Of a stretch of 64,000 bases of DNA, positions 17,371 through 26,376 are shown in pieces. Source of the DNA: Rhizomicrobium sp. Lineage in GTDB: Bacteria > Pseudomonadota > Alphaproteobacteria > Micropepsales > Micropepsaceae. Every line of letters starts with the position of its first letter. The stretch's first letter is position 1. The notes under the pieces were generated by a model that saw nothing but the letters and a program-made list of their open reading frames with translations, was not told where the DNA came from and did no database searches. The DNA lies in the NCBI GenBank assembly GCA_050728995.1, contig JBOHKH010000012.1, positions 1,152 to 65,151 of the forward strand, in the 5' to 3' direction. The translations under genes and the position numbers were made by a program.

Positions 17371-17413
17371 AGATTCCGGAAAAAGAATTCTGCAACCCAA
17401 TCCCAGACCGGGG

Positions 17414-18562
17414 CTATTTCGCCGCGGCCACCCGTTCGGGTGAGGATTTACGGGCGCGAATCTCGGCGAGCTTCTTTTCGACGTGAGCCGAGAACACATA
17501 ATTCGCCGGCCGCTGGCGATCGAGGGGGATCTCCGGCGCCATCGGTCCTTGCGTCTTCACACCCTTCAGCATGACGCCGAGGGCCTTTAGCGGCCGCTGC
17601 ACGCTGTCGATGACGGCCGTGGCCTCAAATCCGCAATGCACCATGCAGTTGGCACACTTCTCGTAATTGCCGACGCCATACGAATCCCAATCGGTTTCCT
17701 CCATCAGCTCCCGAAAGCTATGCACATAACCTTCGCCCAGCAGATAGCAGGGCCGCTGCCAGCCGAAGACGGTGCGCGTGGGATTGCCCCACGGCGTGCA
17801 GCGGTAGGTCTGATTGCCGGCGAGGAAATCGAGGAACATGGCGGACTGGCTGAACGGCCAGTTCTTCCCGCCGTTCCCCCGCGCGAAAATGCCGCGGAAG
17901 AGGTTCTTGGTGCGCTCGCGGCTCAGGAAGTGTTCCTGGTCCGGCGCCCGCTCGTACGCGTAACCGGGCGACACGGTAATGCCGTCGAGCCCGATGGCCT
18001 TCATCTCGTCGAAGAAGGTCGCGACGCGCGCCGGGTCGGCCCCGCTGAACAGCGTGCAATTGATGGTGACGCGGAAGCCCTTCGACTTCGCGAGCCGGAT
18101 CGCCTCGACGGCTTTTTCATACGTTCCTTCGAGGCAGACGGATTTGTCGTGCATCCCCTTGTCGCCATCGAGGTGGATCGACCAGTTGAAATCCGGATGG
18201 GGCCGGAACTGATCGATCTTCTTCGCGAGCAGGAGCGCGTTCGTGCACAAGATCACAAACTTCTTGCGCGCGAGAAATCCTTCGACGATCTGTGGCAGCT
18301 CGCGGTGCAGCAGCGGTTCGCCGCCGGCGATCGAGACCACAGGCGCGCCGCACTCGTCGATGGCCTGCATGCATTCGTCGTAGCTTAGCCGCTGGTTCAG
18401 GATCTCGTCGGGATAATCGATCTTTCCGCAGCCGGCGCAGGCGAGATTGCAACGAAAGAGCGGCTCGAGCATCAGCACCAGCGGATAGCGTTTGCGCCCG
18501 CTAAGATGCTGCTTCATCACATAGGCGCCGACCCGGGCGGCCTGTCTTAGCGGAATACCCAA
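17414..18562 (-). CDS. hpnH: adenosylhopane synthase, radical SAM protein HpnH
   Basis: MGIPLRQAARVGAYVMKQHLSGRKRYPLVLMLEPLFRCNLACAGCGKIDYP contains the radical SAM CxxxCxxC motif and a typical HpnH N-terminus. TTG start lies 3 nt after the ispH stop. Confidence 0.9.
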   Translation of the reverse strand: MGIPLRQAARVGAYVMKQHLSGRKRYPLVLMLEPLFRCNLACAGCGKIDYPDEILNQRLSYDECMQAIDECGAPVVSIAGGEPLLHRELPQIVEGFLARKKFVILCTNALLLAKKIDQFRPHPDFNWSIHLDGDKGMHDKSVCLEGTYEKAVEAIRLAKSKGFRVTINCTLFSGADPARVATFFDEMKAIGLDGITVSPGYAYERAPDQEHFLSRERTKNLFRGIFARGNGGKNWPFSQSAMFLDFLAGNQTYRCTPWGNPTRTVFGWQRPCYLLGEGYVHSFRELMEETDWDSYGVGNYEKCANCMVHCGFEATAVIDSVQRPLKALGVMLKGVKTQGPMAPEIPLDRQRPANYVFSAHVEKKLAEIRARKSSPERVAAAK

Positions 18563-18565
18563 ATC

Positions 18566-19531
18566 CTACTCCACGGTGACGGATTGGCGCTTGCGATTTC
18601 GAAGTTCCGCCGGCAGGCGGAACTCGATCTTTTCTTCCACGCCGTCCATTTCGGAAACCTGGACATCGCCCAGCCGGCAAAGCGCGTCGATCACGTTGCG
18701 CACCAGTGTTTCGGGTGCGGAAGCACCGGCGGTCAGGCCTATGGTCTGCTTGTTTTCGACCCATGCGGGATCGAGTTCGCTGCCGTCGGCGATGAGATAG
18801 CTCGGAACGCCTTCCTCGAGTCCGATCTCGCGCAGGCGGTTCGAATTGGAACTGTTCTTCGCGCCGACCACGAGAATCACTTCGGCGACTTTGCAGAGTT
18901 CGCGCACCGCCGATTGCCGGTTCTGCGTGGCGTAGCAGATGTCGGAGGTGTCGGGGCCCACAATGTCATTGAAGCGCCGCTTGAGCGCGGCGATCACTCC
19001 GCGCGTATCGTCGATGCTGAGCGTCGTCTGGGTCACATAGGCAAGCGGCGCATTGTCGGCGATTGCGAGCGCCTGCACGTCCGCCTCGGACGATACGAGG
19101 TGGACCGGAGCACCGACCTGACCCATCGTACCCTCGACTTCGGGATGCCCGGCATGCCCGATCAGGATCAGGGTACGTCCCTTCGAGACGTAGCGCTTGC
19201 CCTGCGCGTGAACCTTGGAAACCAGCGGGCAGGTTGCATCGAGGACCGGCAATTCGCGTTTCGCGGCCTCGCGAACGATCGCCTGCGGCACTCCATGTGC
19301 GCTGAAGACCGTCACGGCGCCCTGGGGGACCTCGTCGAGTTCCTCGACGAAGCGGGCGCCTTTGCGTTTGAGCGCATCGACAACGTGACGGTTGTGCACG
19401 ATTTCGTGGCGGACATAGACGGGCTCTCCGTATTTCTCGAGCGCATGCTCCACGATGTCGATTGCGCGCACGACCCCGGCGCAGAAACCGCGCGGCTGGG
19501 CAAGGATGACCCGAATTTTCGCTTCTGCCAT
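18566..19531 (-). CDS. ispH: 4-hydroxy-3-methylbut-2-enyl diphosphate reductase
   Basis: LytB/IspH motifs ([45 protein letters not shown]). ATG 19531 is preferred over track TTG 19555. Confidence 0.92.
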   Translation of the reverse strand: MAEAKIRVILAQPRGFCAGVVRAIDIVEHALEKYGEPVYVRHEIVHNRHVVDALKRKGARFVEELDEVPQGAVTVFSAHGVPQAIVREAAKRELPVLDATCPLVSKVHAQGKRYVSKGRTLILIGHAGHPEVEGTMGQVGAPVHLVSSEADVQALAIADNAPLAYVTQTTLSIDDTRGVIAALKRRFNDIVGPDTSDICYATQNRQSAVRELCKVAEVILVVGAKNSSNSNRLREIGLEEGVPSYLIADGSELDPAWVENKQTIGLTAGASAPETLVRNVIDALCRLGDVQVSEMDGVEEKIEFRLPAELRNRKRQSVTVE

Positions 19532-19705
19532 GTCGTTTATGTCCAGCTCCGCCAAGCCCCGCCGCAGTCGCTTGCCAAAGCGGGCGACCGGCTATAGCCG
19601 AAAAGCCCGAGGCGGCAAAACCCACGTGCTTTATGTAAAGCCGGGAATGGGTCCAATCGATCCCGCTTCGGGGGCAAACGCAGCGCGCACCAGCGGAAGG
19701 CAGGG

Positions 19706-21352
19706 ATGGAGACTGCGGCAATCTATCCTGAAGGGTATGAGAAAGCGCGCACCTTGCCCGCCAAGCCGGGGCACGGGCCCGGGCAGCCAGCGAGCCGCAT
19801 CGCGAGACTGGCGGCCCGATGGCCGGCCGCAGCGATAGCGTTGTGCGCCGTCATTTTCGCGCTGCCCGTCTTTATCGCGCCGATGCCCGCGATGCCGGAT
19901 TATCCCGCGCATCTCGCAACTTTCTATCTCCTGGGCGGCGGTGCGAAACTGCCGCTTCTCGCGCATTTCTACCGTGTCGATTGGGCGTTCGTGCCCAATC
20001 TCGCAGCCGAGGCGACAATTCCGTTCCTTGCCCCTCTGTTGGGGATCGGTCGTGCAACCGCGCTCTTTCTGGGCATCACCGTGTGGCTCTGGATCGCCGG
20101 TGCTGCAGCGGTCCAGTGGGCCTTGTTCCGGCGGGTGGGAATCGCTCCGCTGTTCGCGGGCTTCTTCGCTTACAACGCGAACTTCATGTGGGGCTTTTTC
20201 AATTACTGCTTTGGAGCGGGGCTCGCGCTGCTCGCCTTTGCCGCCTGGATCGCCGGCGAAAACAGACGGCGAGTCTGGCATGTTCCAGCGCTCGCGGCCG
20301 CGGTCCTCGTCATTTATTTCTGCCATGCTTTCGCTGCGGCCACGCTCCTGTTCCTCATTGGCTGCTACGAGATCACGGCGTTGGGCTTCAGGCCTTCCCC
20401 GATACCTGTGCTGCGTCGCCTCGGGCCCGTCGCGCTGGCGTCTGTTCCCGCGGCTGTCGCCTTTATCGTTCTAAAGCCGAAAGGGGGCAGCGGCGTTATC
20501 GGATTCAATCTGCTCGACACCTGGGACGACCGTCTGAGCGCGGCCGTGCAGTTCTGTTTCGACCGGCCGGCGTGGTTGCTGCTCGGCGCGCTGGTCGTGC
20601 TGTTTGCGTCCGGTGTCTGGACGAAGCGCATTTTCATTCATCCACGCCTGCGCTTTCTGCTCGTTGCGCTTCTGTTCGCCTGCGCCTTCGCGCCAGAGTG
20701 GGCGATGGGAGGGTGGGGCGTTGATCTCAGGCTGCCGGCCGTTCTTGGAACGCTGGCCTTCGCGGCGGCAGAATTTCGTTTCGGGCCGCCCACGACGGCC
20801 GGACTCACGGTGGGCGCCGTCGCAATCGCGATTTATTGTTCGGCCACGCTGACCGGCAACTGGCTATACTACGATGCGAGGTTTGCGGAGTTTCGCGCGG
20901 CCACTCGCGCGCTTCCGTCCGGCTCCAAAATCGTCACCGTGCTCGACGGCGACGCGATGGGAATGGCATCCGATCAGCCATACTGGCACATGGCGGAATA
21001 TGCGATCATCGACCGTCAGGCGTTTACACCACTTCTGTTCACGACGGTGGGACAGCACGTCATCCGTCTTCAGCCCGCCGTCGAGCGCATCGCGGCGCGC
21101 TCCGCCGAGCAGGGGTCACCGCCCGACATCACCGAACTCGACGATCTGTCCGCGGGCAACGCGAACGACGACCCGGACATTTCGAGGGTCTTTCCCTATC
21201 TGATCCGCTTTCAGTGCCACTTCGACACCGCCGTCGTCATTCATCTGGGGGGAAAGAGAAGTCCGGTTCCCGACATGCTCGAACTCGAACACGCCGGCAG
21301 TTTCTTCTCGCTTTATCGCGTTCGACCCGACGAGAATTGCACGAAATCATGA
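19706..21352 (+). CDS. polytopic membrane protein with soluble C-terminal domain, unknown function
   Basis: 548-aa ORF with about 10 or more hydrophobic segments and a ~150-aa non-hydrophobic tail. Its stop overlaps the next gene's ATG (ATGA). Confidence 0.7.
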   Translation: METAAIYPEGYEKARTLPAKPGHGPGQPASRIARLAARWPAAAIALCAVIFALPVFIAPMPAMPDYPAHLATFYLLGGGAKLPLLAHFYRVDWAFVPNLAAEATIPFLAPLLGIGRATALFLGITVWLWIAGAAAVQWALFRRVGIAPLFAGFFAYNANFMWGFFNYCFGAGLALLAFAAWIAGENRRRVWHVPALAAAVLVIYFCHAFAAATLLFLIGCYEITALGFRPSPIPVLRRLGPVALASVPAAVAFIVLKPKGGSGVIGFNLLDTWDDRLSAAVQFCFDRPAWLLLGALVVLFASGVWTKRIFIHPRLRFLLVALLFACAFAPEWAMGGWGVDLRLPAVLGTLAFAAAEFRFGPPTTAGLTVGAVAIAIYCSATLTGNWLYYDARFAEFRAATRALPSGSKIVTVLDGDAMGMASDQPYWHMAEYAIIDRQAFTPLLFTTVGQHVIRLQPAVERIAARSAEQGSPPDITELDDLSAGNANDDPDISRVFPYLIRFQCHFDTAVVIHLGGKRSPVPDMLELEHAGSFFSLYRVRPDENCTKS

Positions 21353-22815
21353 GCATGGCGGAAGGCGCGCGCGCAGGCCGCGCAAACGCGTTCGAGCACG
21401 GGCTGGCGCCCCTGCTGCCGGTCTTTCTGGGCGTTGTGGCGCTGGCCTGTCTGGCGGGTGTCATCCGCGCGGCGGCCATCGCTTCCCTGCACGTGTCGCT
21501 CGATCCGAACGAAGGCTGGAACGCCTATCATGCTGCAGCCGCAGTGGCTGGACGTGGACTCTACCCGCCCCCCGGGAATCTCATGTTCAACAATTATCCG
21601 CCGCTCTCGTTCTTTCTGATCGGGTCGCTCGGTACGCTTGTCGGCGACCAGATCGTAGCGGGCCGCATCGTCTCGCTGCTCTCCTTCGTCTTGGTGTGCG
21701 CTTTTGCGGCGGCGATTTTGCGTTCGCTCCGGACCGGCCGCCAGCCCGCATTGTTTTCGGCACTGCTTTTTGCAGGCATTCTTCTGATCGCATCCGACTA
21801 TGTCGGCATGGACGATCCGCAGCTCCTCGGCCACGCGGTTCAGCTCGCAGCCGCATATCTCGTGCTGCGCGAACCGAGAACACGAGCACGGCTATGTGCC
21901 GCAGCGGTGCTGTTCGTTGCCGGCGGCTTTGTCAAACATAATCTGTTCAGTTTGCCGCTCGCCTCTCTGCTCTGGCTCGCCGTATTCGATCTTCGCGCAT
22001 GCAAGCGTCTCGCTCTTTGGAGCGTCGCCCTTGTTCTGGCCGGACTGGTCGTTTTTCGCGCGGGCTTCGGATTCGAGCTCCTCGACCGCCTGAACTCCGC
22101 GCGCAGCTGGTCGGTCTCGCAAATGTGGAGCGGTCTTGGCTATTGGCTGCCGCTTGCCGCGGTTCCGTTGTGCGGGCTTGGCGTTCTCGTGGCGCGAAAT
22201 CCGAGAGATCCGCGAGTTGTCTTTGTCGCGATCTACGCGGGGATTGCCATTCTGGCGGGCGCGGTGTTGCTGGGCGGCGCGGGCGTCGACGTCAATGCAA
22301 TGTTCGATGCGGACATGGCGGTTGCACTGGCGGCCGGACTTGCGCTGGATGGCCTTCTGGGGCAACGCCAACCGCTCCTGCGTGCCGCTGCACCGCTTTT
22401 CGCGATCGCCTGTTTTCTGCCGTCGCCAGTGCTGGCGGCTTCGGATGCCGATTGGCGCGAGGCGGCCTTCTGGCTTCATCCAATGCACAACGAAGCGGCG
22501 CGGGCCGCGCGCGATATCGAATTCCTGCGGGCGCATCCGGGGCCCGCGATCTGCGAGAGCCTCGCCTATTGTTATTGGGCCGGGAAGCCTGCCGGCGTCG
22601 ACGTCTTCAATCTCGACCAGCAGCTTCGGAGCGGGAAAAGAAGTTCTGCACCATTCCTGCTGCTCATCCGCTCGCGGCGGTTCGCGGCGATCGAGCTCGA
22701 CGAAACGAATCCTTTTCCGTTGCCGCAATCGATTGCAACAGCGATTTCGCGGAATTACCGCATCGATCACGCCGACGATGAGGGCACGTTCTTCGTGCCA
22801 CGCCGAAGCCCTTAG
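21349..22815 (+). CDS. polytopic membrane protein, GT-C-like (ArnT/PMT-type fold suspected)
   Basis: Starts MSMAEGARAG... at ATG 21349 (ATGA coupling). An early loop reads LDPNEGWNAYHA and is followed by many TM helices. The track start 20836 lies inside the previous gene. Confidence 0.7.
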   Translation: MSMAEGARAGRANAFEHGLAPLLPVFLGVVALACLAGVIRAAAIASLHVSLDPNEGWNAYHAAAAVAGRGLYPPPGNLMFNNYPPLSFFLIGSLGTLVGDQIVAGRIVSLLSFVLVCAFAAAILRSLRTGRQPALFSALLFAGILLIASDYVGMDDPQLLGHAVQLAAAYLVLREPRTRARLCAAAVLFVAGGFVKHNLFSLPLASLLWLAVFDLRACKRLALWSVALVLAGLVVFRAGFGFELLDRLNSARSWSVSQMWSGLGYWLPLAAVPLCGLGVLVARNPRDPRVVFVAIYAGIAILAGAVLLGGAGVDVNAMFDADMAVALAAGLALDGLLGQRQPLLRAAAPLFAIACFLPSPVLAASDADWREAAFWLHPMHNEAARAARDIEFLRAHPGPAICESLAYCYWAGKPAGVDVFNLDQQLRSGKRSSAPFLLLIRSRRFAAIELDETNPFPLPQSIATAISRNYRIDHADDEGTFFVPRRSP

Positions 22816-25800
22816 TGCGCCGGCATTTTGCGGGGATAAGTCACTTTCACCGTACCCGTCCGCTCGAGCTTGGACCAGCCGACGAAACGGCCGCGCAGCG
22901 CCGTCGTAATGGAGCGCACCAGCACATAATACATGATCTGCCGATAGCCGAAGCGCTGGAGCATCAGCCACCAGGTGAGGTTCCAGTCCTCGCGCCGCTC
23001 CATGCAGAAACCGAACAGGGCGGCCAGAAGATCGACCACCATAAAGACGGCATAGTAGATCGCGACCGTGACCAGGTTCTTGTTGCTGAATTCCGAGCCG
23101 TGTTCGAGATAGGCGATCGTTTGCGACAGGATCTGCCAGATCAGCATGAGATCGGCGAGGGGTGCGAGCGCCGTCAGGAATATCTGGAACATCCAGGCCT
23201 GCGGCAGCGCGACGAGGCCGAGCGCGCCGTAGCGCGGATTGAAGGTCAGTGCGCGGTATTTCCACAGGCACTGCAAGGTTCCAAATGCCCAGCGAAATCG
23301 CTGTTTGGCAAAACCGCGGACACTTGAGGGAGCCTCCGTCCAGGCGATCGCACTCGCATCGAACAGAACGCGATGACCCGCGCGCTGTACGGCGATCGTG
23401 AGATCCTGGTCCTCGGCCAGCGTGCTGGCCGTGAAGCCGCCCAGCTGCTCGAGCACGCTGCGGCGCCAGGCACCGACGGCTCCGGGAACGACAGTGAGCG
23501 TGTCGAGCGCCGCCAGCGCACGCCGTTCGAGATTCTGCGAAACGATGTATTCGAGCGCCTGCCAGCGGGTGATGGTATTGATGCGGTTGCCGACTTTCGC
23601 ATTTCCCGCGACCGCGCCGACCCTCGAATCGTCAAACCAGCGTACCAGGCGCGAGATCGTATCCGTGTCGAACTGCGTGTCGGCATCGAGCGCCACGACG
23701 ACATCGCCGTGTGCGCGCGACAGTCCGAGATTGAGGGCGCCGGCCTTGCCGCCATTGGGGATGCGCAACAGCTGGACGCGCGGATCGGCGCCGAAGTCGC
23801 GTGTCACGATGCCCGCCGTATCGTCGTGGGAACCGTCGTCGATCACAATGACTTCGAGATTGGGGTGATCGCTTGCCAGGATGCGCTCCACCGTCGCCGC
23901 GATCACCTTTTCCTCGTTGTAAGCGGGAATGATAACGGAAACTGCGCGGGAGAAGCCCGATCCGGGCGGCGCGGATTGGCCGGCCTCGCGCGGGCGATTG
24001 CAAAGAGCCAATACGCACCAGACGACGAGACGTGCGATCCCCAGGAAAATTGCCGCAAGGAAACAGTAGTAGATGATCAGCCCGGTCCAGCTCAGGGTGA
24101 GGAAGACCAGCCTGTCCATGATCAGCGTCGCCGTGACAGGGAGCCGGGGCATCGCCTGCGCGCGCGTCAATCCCGCAAGCTGCGCGACGGAAACGAAGCG
24201 GTAGCCCTCTGCACGCAGCGTATCGATCACTTTCGGCAAGGCCGCCACCGTCTGCGAGCGGTCACCACCGGCATCGTGAAACAGGATTATGTTGCCGCGA
24301 ATGTCCGGGTTCTTCGAGTGAACGGCCTCCAGGGTTCGCTGCAGAATGGCTTTGGTCCCCGGCAATTCCCAATCGACGGGATCCACGTGCATGCCGACCG
24401 TGATGTAACCCAGTCCCTGCGCCAGCTCGACCGGCTGCAGATCGGATTCATCCGACGGTTCGGCGTCACCGAGATAGGGCGGACGGAAGAGGCGTAGCGA
24501 GCGCCCGGTCAGCGCCTGGAACAGGCGCTGCGTCGCGTTGAGTTCCAGCTCCACGGCGGGTCCGGGCGTATCGGCAAGGTTTGGATGGGTGAAGGTGTGA
24601 TTGCCCACGTCGTGACCCTCGGCCACGATGCGCTGGACAAGTTGGGGGTAGGCCTCTGCATTCTCGCCAATTATGAAGAACGTTGCCTTGACGTGCTTGG
24701 CTTTCAGGATGTCGAGAATTTGCGGCGTCCATTCGGGATCCGGCCCGTCGTCGAAGGTGATTGCGAGCTCCTTGCCGCGCGCTCCGAGCTGCCGGACGAC
24801 GTAGGGCGTGGGCAGTTTCGTATAGTCCTCGTCGTCGACGTCTCCAGTATCCTTGTCGATGTCGAGCGACCGGGCTCCGGGCGTCGGGTGCGCCTCCACC
24901 TGGAGAATCTCGCCCTGGCCCTCGAAGTCGACGTCCTGGCTTGTCGGGATATTGCGCAGACCCGCCGGCGCCGTCGCACCGTAGCGTCGGCCCAGTACCG
25001 TCCAGGTCGAGGGATCCTCGCTACCGAGTTTCCAGAGTGCATAACCGGCCGGCTGATAGGGATCGGCGGCGTGAATTTCGTTGTAGGCGGTTACGCCGTC
25101 CAGAAACCAGACCTGATGCTTGCTGTTGTCATCCTCCAGATAGGAGAAGTGCGGGTTGTTGGTGGCATCGTCGAAAAGGATCCGCGCCTGCGAATCGCGA
25201 GAGGCGACAATGGCATCCTGGAAACTGATGGCATCGGCCGATCCGTCGGACCAGTCGTAGCCGTAATTTCCGATCCCGATGATGGTGCGGGCCGGAGACA
25301 GCACGGCCATCCGCTTGTCGAGGTTTTCCTCGTACCAGGCCTGGCCCGCGATGCTGCCAGGACCCGCCGAATCGTCGTGCTCGTCATAGGCCATAAGGAG
25401 CGTGTAATCGACCAGCTTCGCGGATTCGGCATAGGGCCAGCTGTCATCATCGAAGGGCGAGGCAAGAACGAGCAGCCAGCCGTGCGGGGCGAACGCTGCC
25501 TTCGTTTCGCTCAGGAAGCTCACGAGATCGGGATAGGCGCTTTGCGGCAGGCTCTCAAAATCGACCACCGCACCCTGGAATTTGTTCGCGGCAAGGTATG
25601 AAACGATACCCTCGAGCAGAATGCGCCGGCGCAGCGGATCGGCCAGCAGAGCGGCCATTCCGGGGCCGTCCCAGACAGCGTTGGAAGCGTTCTGGACGAG
25701 CGGCAGAATGGCGACGTTCGGCTTGCCGTGAGCGATCGCCGCAACCGCCTGTCTGTCGACGCTGTGGGCGAGTTTGAGACCCGGGCCCTCGAGGTTCATC

Positions 25801-26246
25801 CATGCCGGCACGAACCAGTCGAGCTTCGACAGTTCGCGTTTGAGATCGGGATAGCTGAGTTCGTCGGTGCTCAGGTAAAATCCGACCGTGAGCGGACGGT
25901 CGGGGAAGGGACGCAATGCGGTGCGCGAAACATGGGCATGAGCTACTCTCGCGCGTTGGGCCCGCCAAGCGCGAACGAGCTTGGCCCGCTCGGCGCGCGC
26001 TTCCTGGGCGAGCTTGGCGGCGGCGTTCATCATCGCCGGATCGAAGGCTCGGCGCACCAGTTCGGCGGGATTGATCGGGCTCAGCCTTCCGGGAAGATTG
26101 AGCTGGGCGACATGAGGCTCCGCGAACAGGCTGCCAATGAACACAATGCCGATAATGGTCGTCAGCACGGCGGCTACGCGACCGACCATCGACATGCGCG
26201 AGGCGCGACGCCCGCTGGCATCGAAAAAGACTGGTTTGTCGATCAT
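22812..26246 (-). CDS. triple-fusion polysaccharide enzyme: GH18-like domain + NodB/CE4 polysaccharide deacetylase + GT2 processive synthase (PgaC/IcaA-like)
   Basis: 1144 aa with an N-terminal TM. GH18-type motifs FQGAVVDFE and LLMAYDEH lie at aa ~225-290. NodB motifs ITFDDGPDPEWT and HDVGNHTFTHP lie at aa ~495-555. TM helices follow, then GT2 motifs VSVIIPAYNEE, VIDDGSHDDT, VALDADTQ and QRFRWAFG (QxxRW). C-terminal TM helices close the protein. Confidence 0.9.
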   Translation of the reverse strand: MIDKPVFFDASGRRASRMSMVGRVAAVLTTIIGIVFIGSLFAEPHVAQLNLPGRLSPINPAELVRRAFDPAMMNAAAKLAQEARAERAKLVRAWRAQRARVAHAHVSRTALRPFPDRPLTVGFYLSTDELSYPDLKRELSKLDWFVPAWMNLEGPGLKLAHSVDRQAVAAIAHGKPNVAILPLVQNASNAVWDGPGMAALLADPLRRRILLEGIVSYLAANKFQGAVVDFESLPQSAYPDLVSFLSETKAAFAPHGWLLVLASPFDDDSWPYAESAKLVDYTLLMAYDEHDDSAGPGSIAGQAWYEENLDKRMAVLSPARTIIGIGNYGYDWSDGSADAISFQDAIVASRDSQARILFDDATNNPHFSYLEDDNSKHQVWFLDGVTAYNEIHAADPYQPAGYALWKLGSEDPSTWTVLGRRYGATAPAGLRNIPTSQDVDFEGQGEILQVEAHPTPGARSLDIDKDTGDVDDEDYTKLPTPYVVRQLGARGKELAITFDDGPDPEWTPQILDILKAKHVKATFFIIGENAEAYPQLVQRIVAEGHDVGNHTFTHPNLADTPGPAVELELNATQRLFQALTGRSLRLFRPPYLGDAEPSDESDLQPVELAQGLGYITVGMHVDPVDWELPGTKAILQRTLEAVHSKNPDIRGNIILFHDAGGDRSQTVAALPKVIDTLRAEGYRFVSVAQLAGLTRAQAMPRLPVTATLIMDRLVFLTLSWTGLIIYYCFLAAIFLGIARLVVWCVLALCNRPREAGQSAPPGSGFSRAVSVIIPAYNEEKVIAATVERILASDHPNLEVIVIDDGSHDDTAGIVTRDFGADPRVQLLRIPNGGKAGALNLGLSRAHGDVVVALDADTQFDTDTISRLVRWFDDSRVGAVAGNAKVGNRINTITRWQALEYIVSQNLERRALAALDTLTVVPGAVGAWRRSVLEQLGGFTASTLAEDQDLTIAVQRAGHRVLFDASAIAWTEAPSSVRGFAKQRFRWAFGTLQCLWKYRALTFNPRYGALGLVALPQAWMFQIFLTALAPLADLMLIWQILSQTIAYLEHGSEFSNKNLVTVAIYYAVFMVVDLLAALFGFCMERREDWNLTWWLMLQRFGYRQIMYYVLVRSITTALRGRFVGWSKLERTGTVKVTYPRKMPAH

Positions 26247-26376
26247 CTCAGGCCAGTTGCCGCCGGCGATTCGCCCGGCGCGTGCGATGCGCGGGGGCCG
26301 TCAAGTTCGGAACCGCGGCGCGCTTGGGCAAGTAAAACCGGTGTAATCCCCCGTCCGACAGCGAGGTAATGCCCGA

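Larger units (their letters stand above)
13023..17413. mobile_element. lower-GC accessory insertion splitting the hopanoid locus (IS1595 transposase plus orphan genes)
   Basis: Lies exactly between the hpnG stop and the hpnH stop. Base composition is visibly more AT-rich, especially 14.4-17.3 kb. It contains a transposase and no hpn-related genes, and is bracketed by a 24-bp perfect inverted repeat. Confidence 0.6.
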
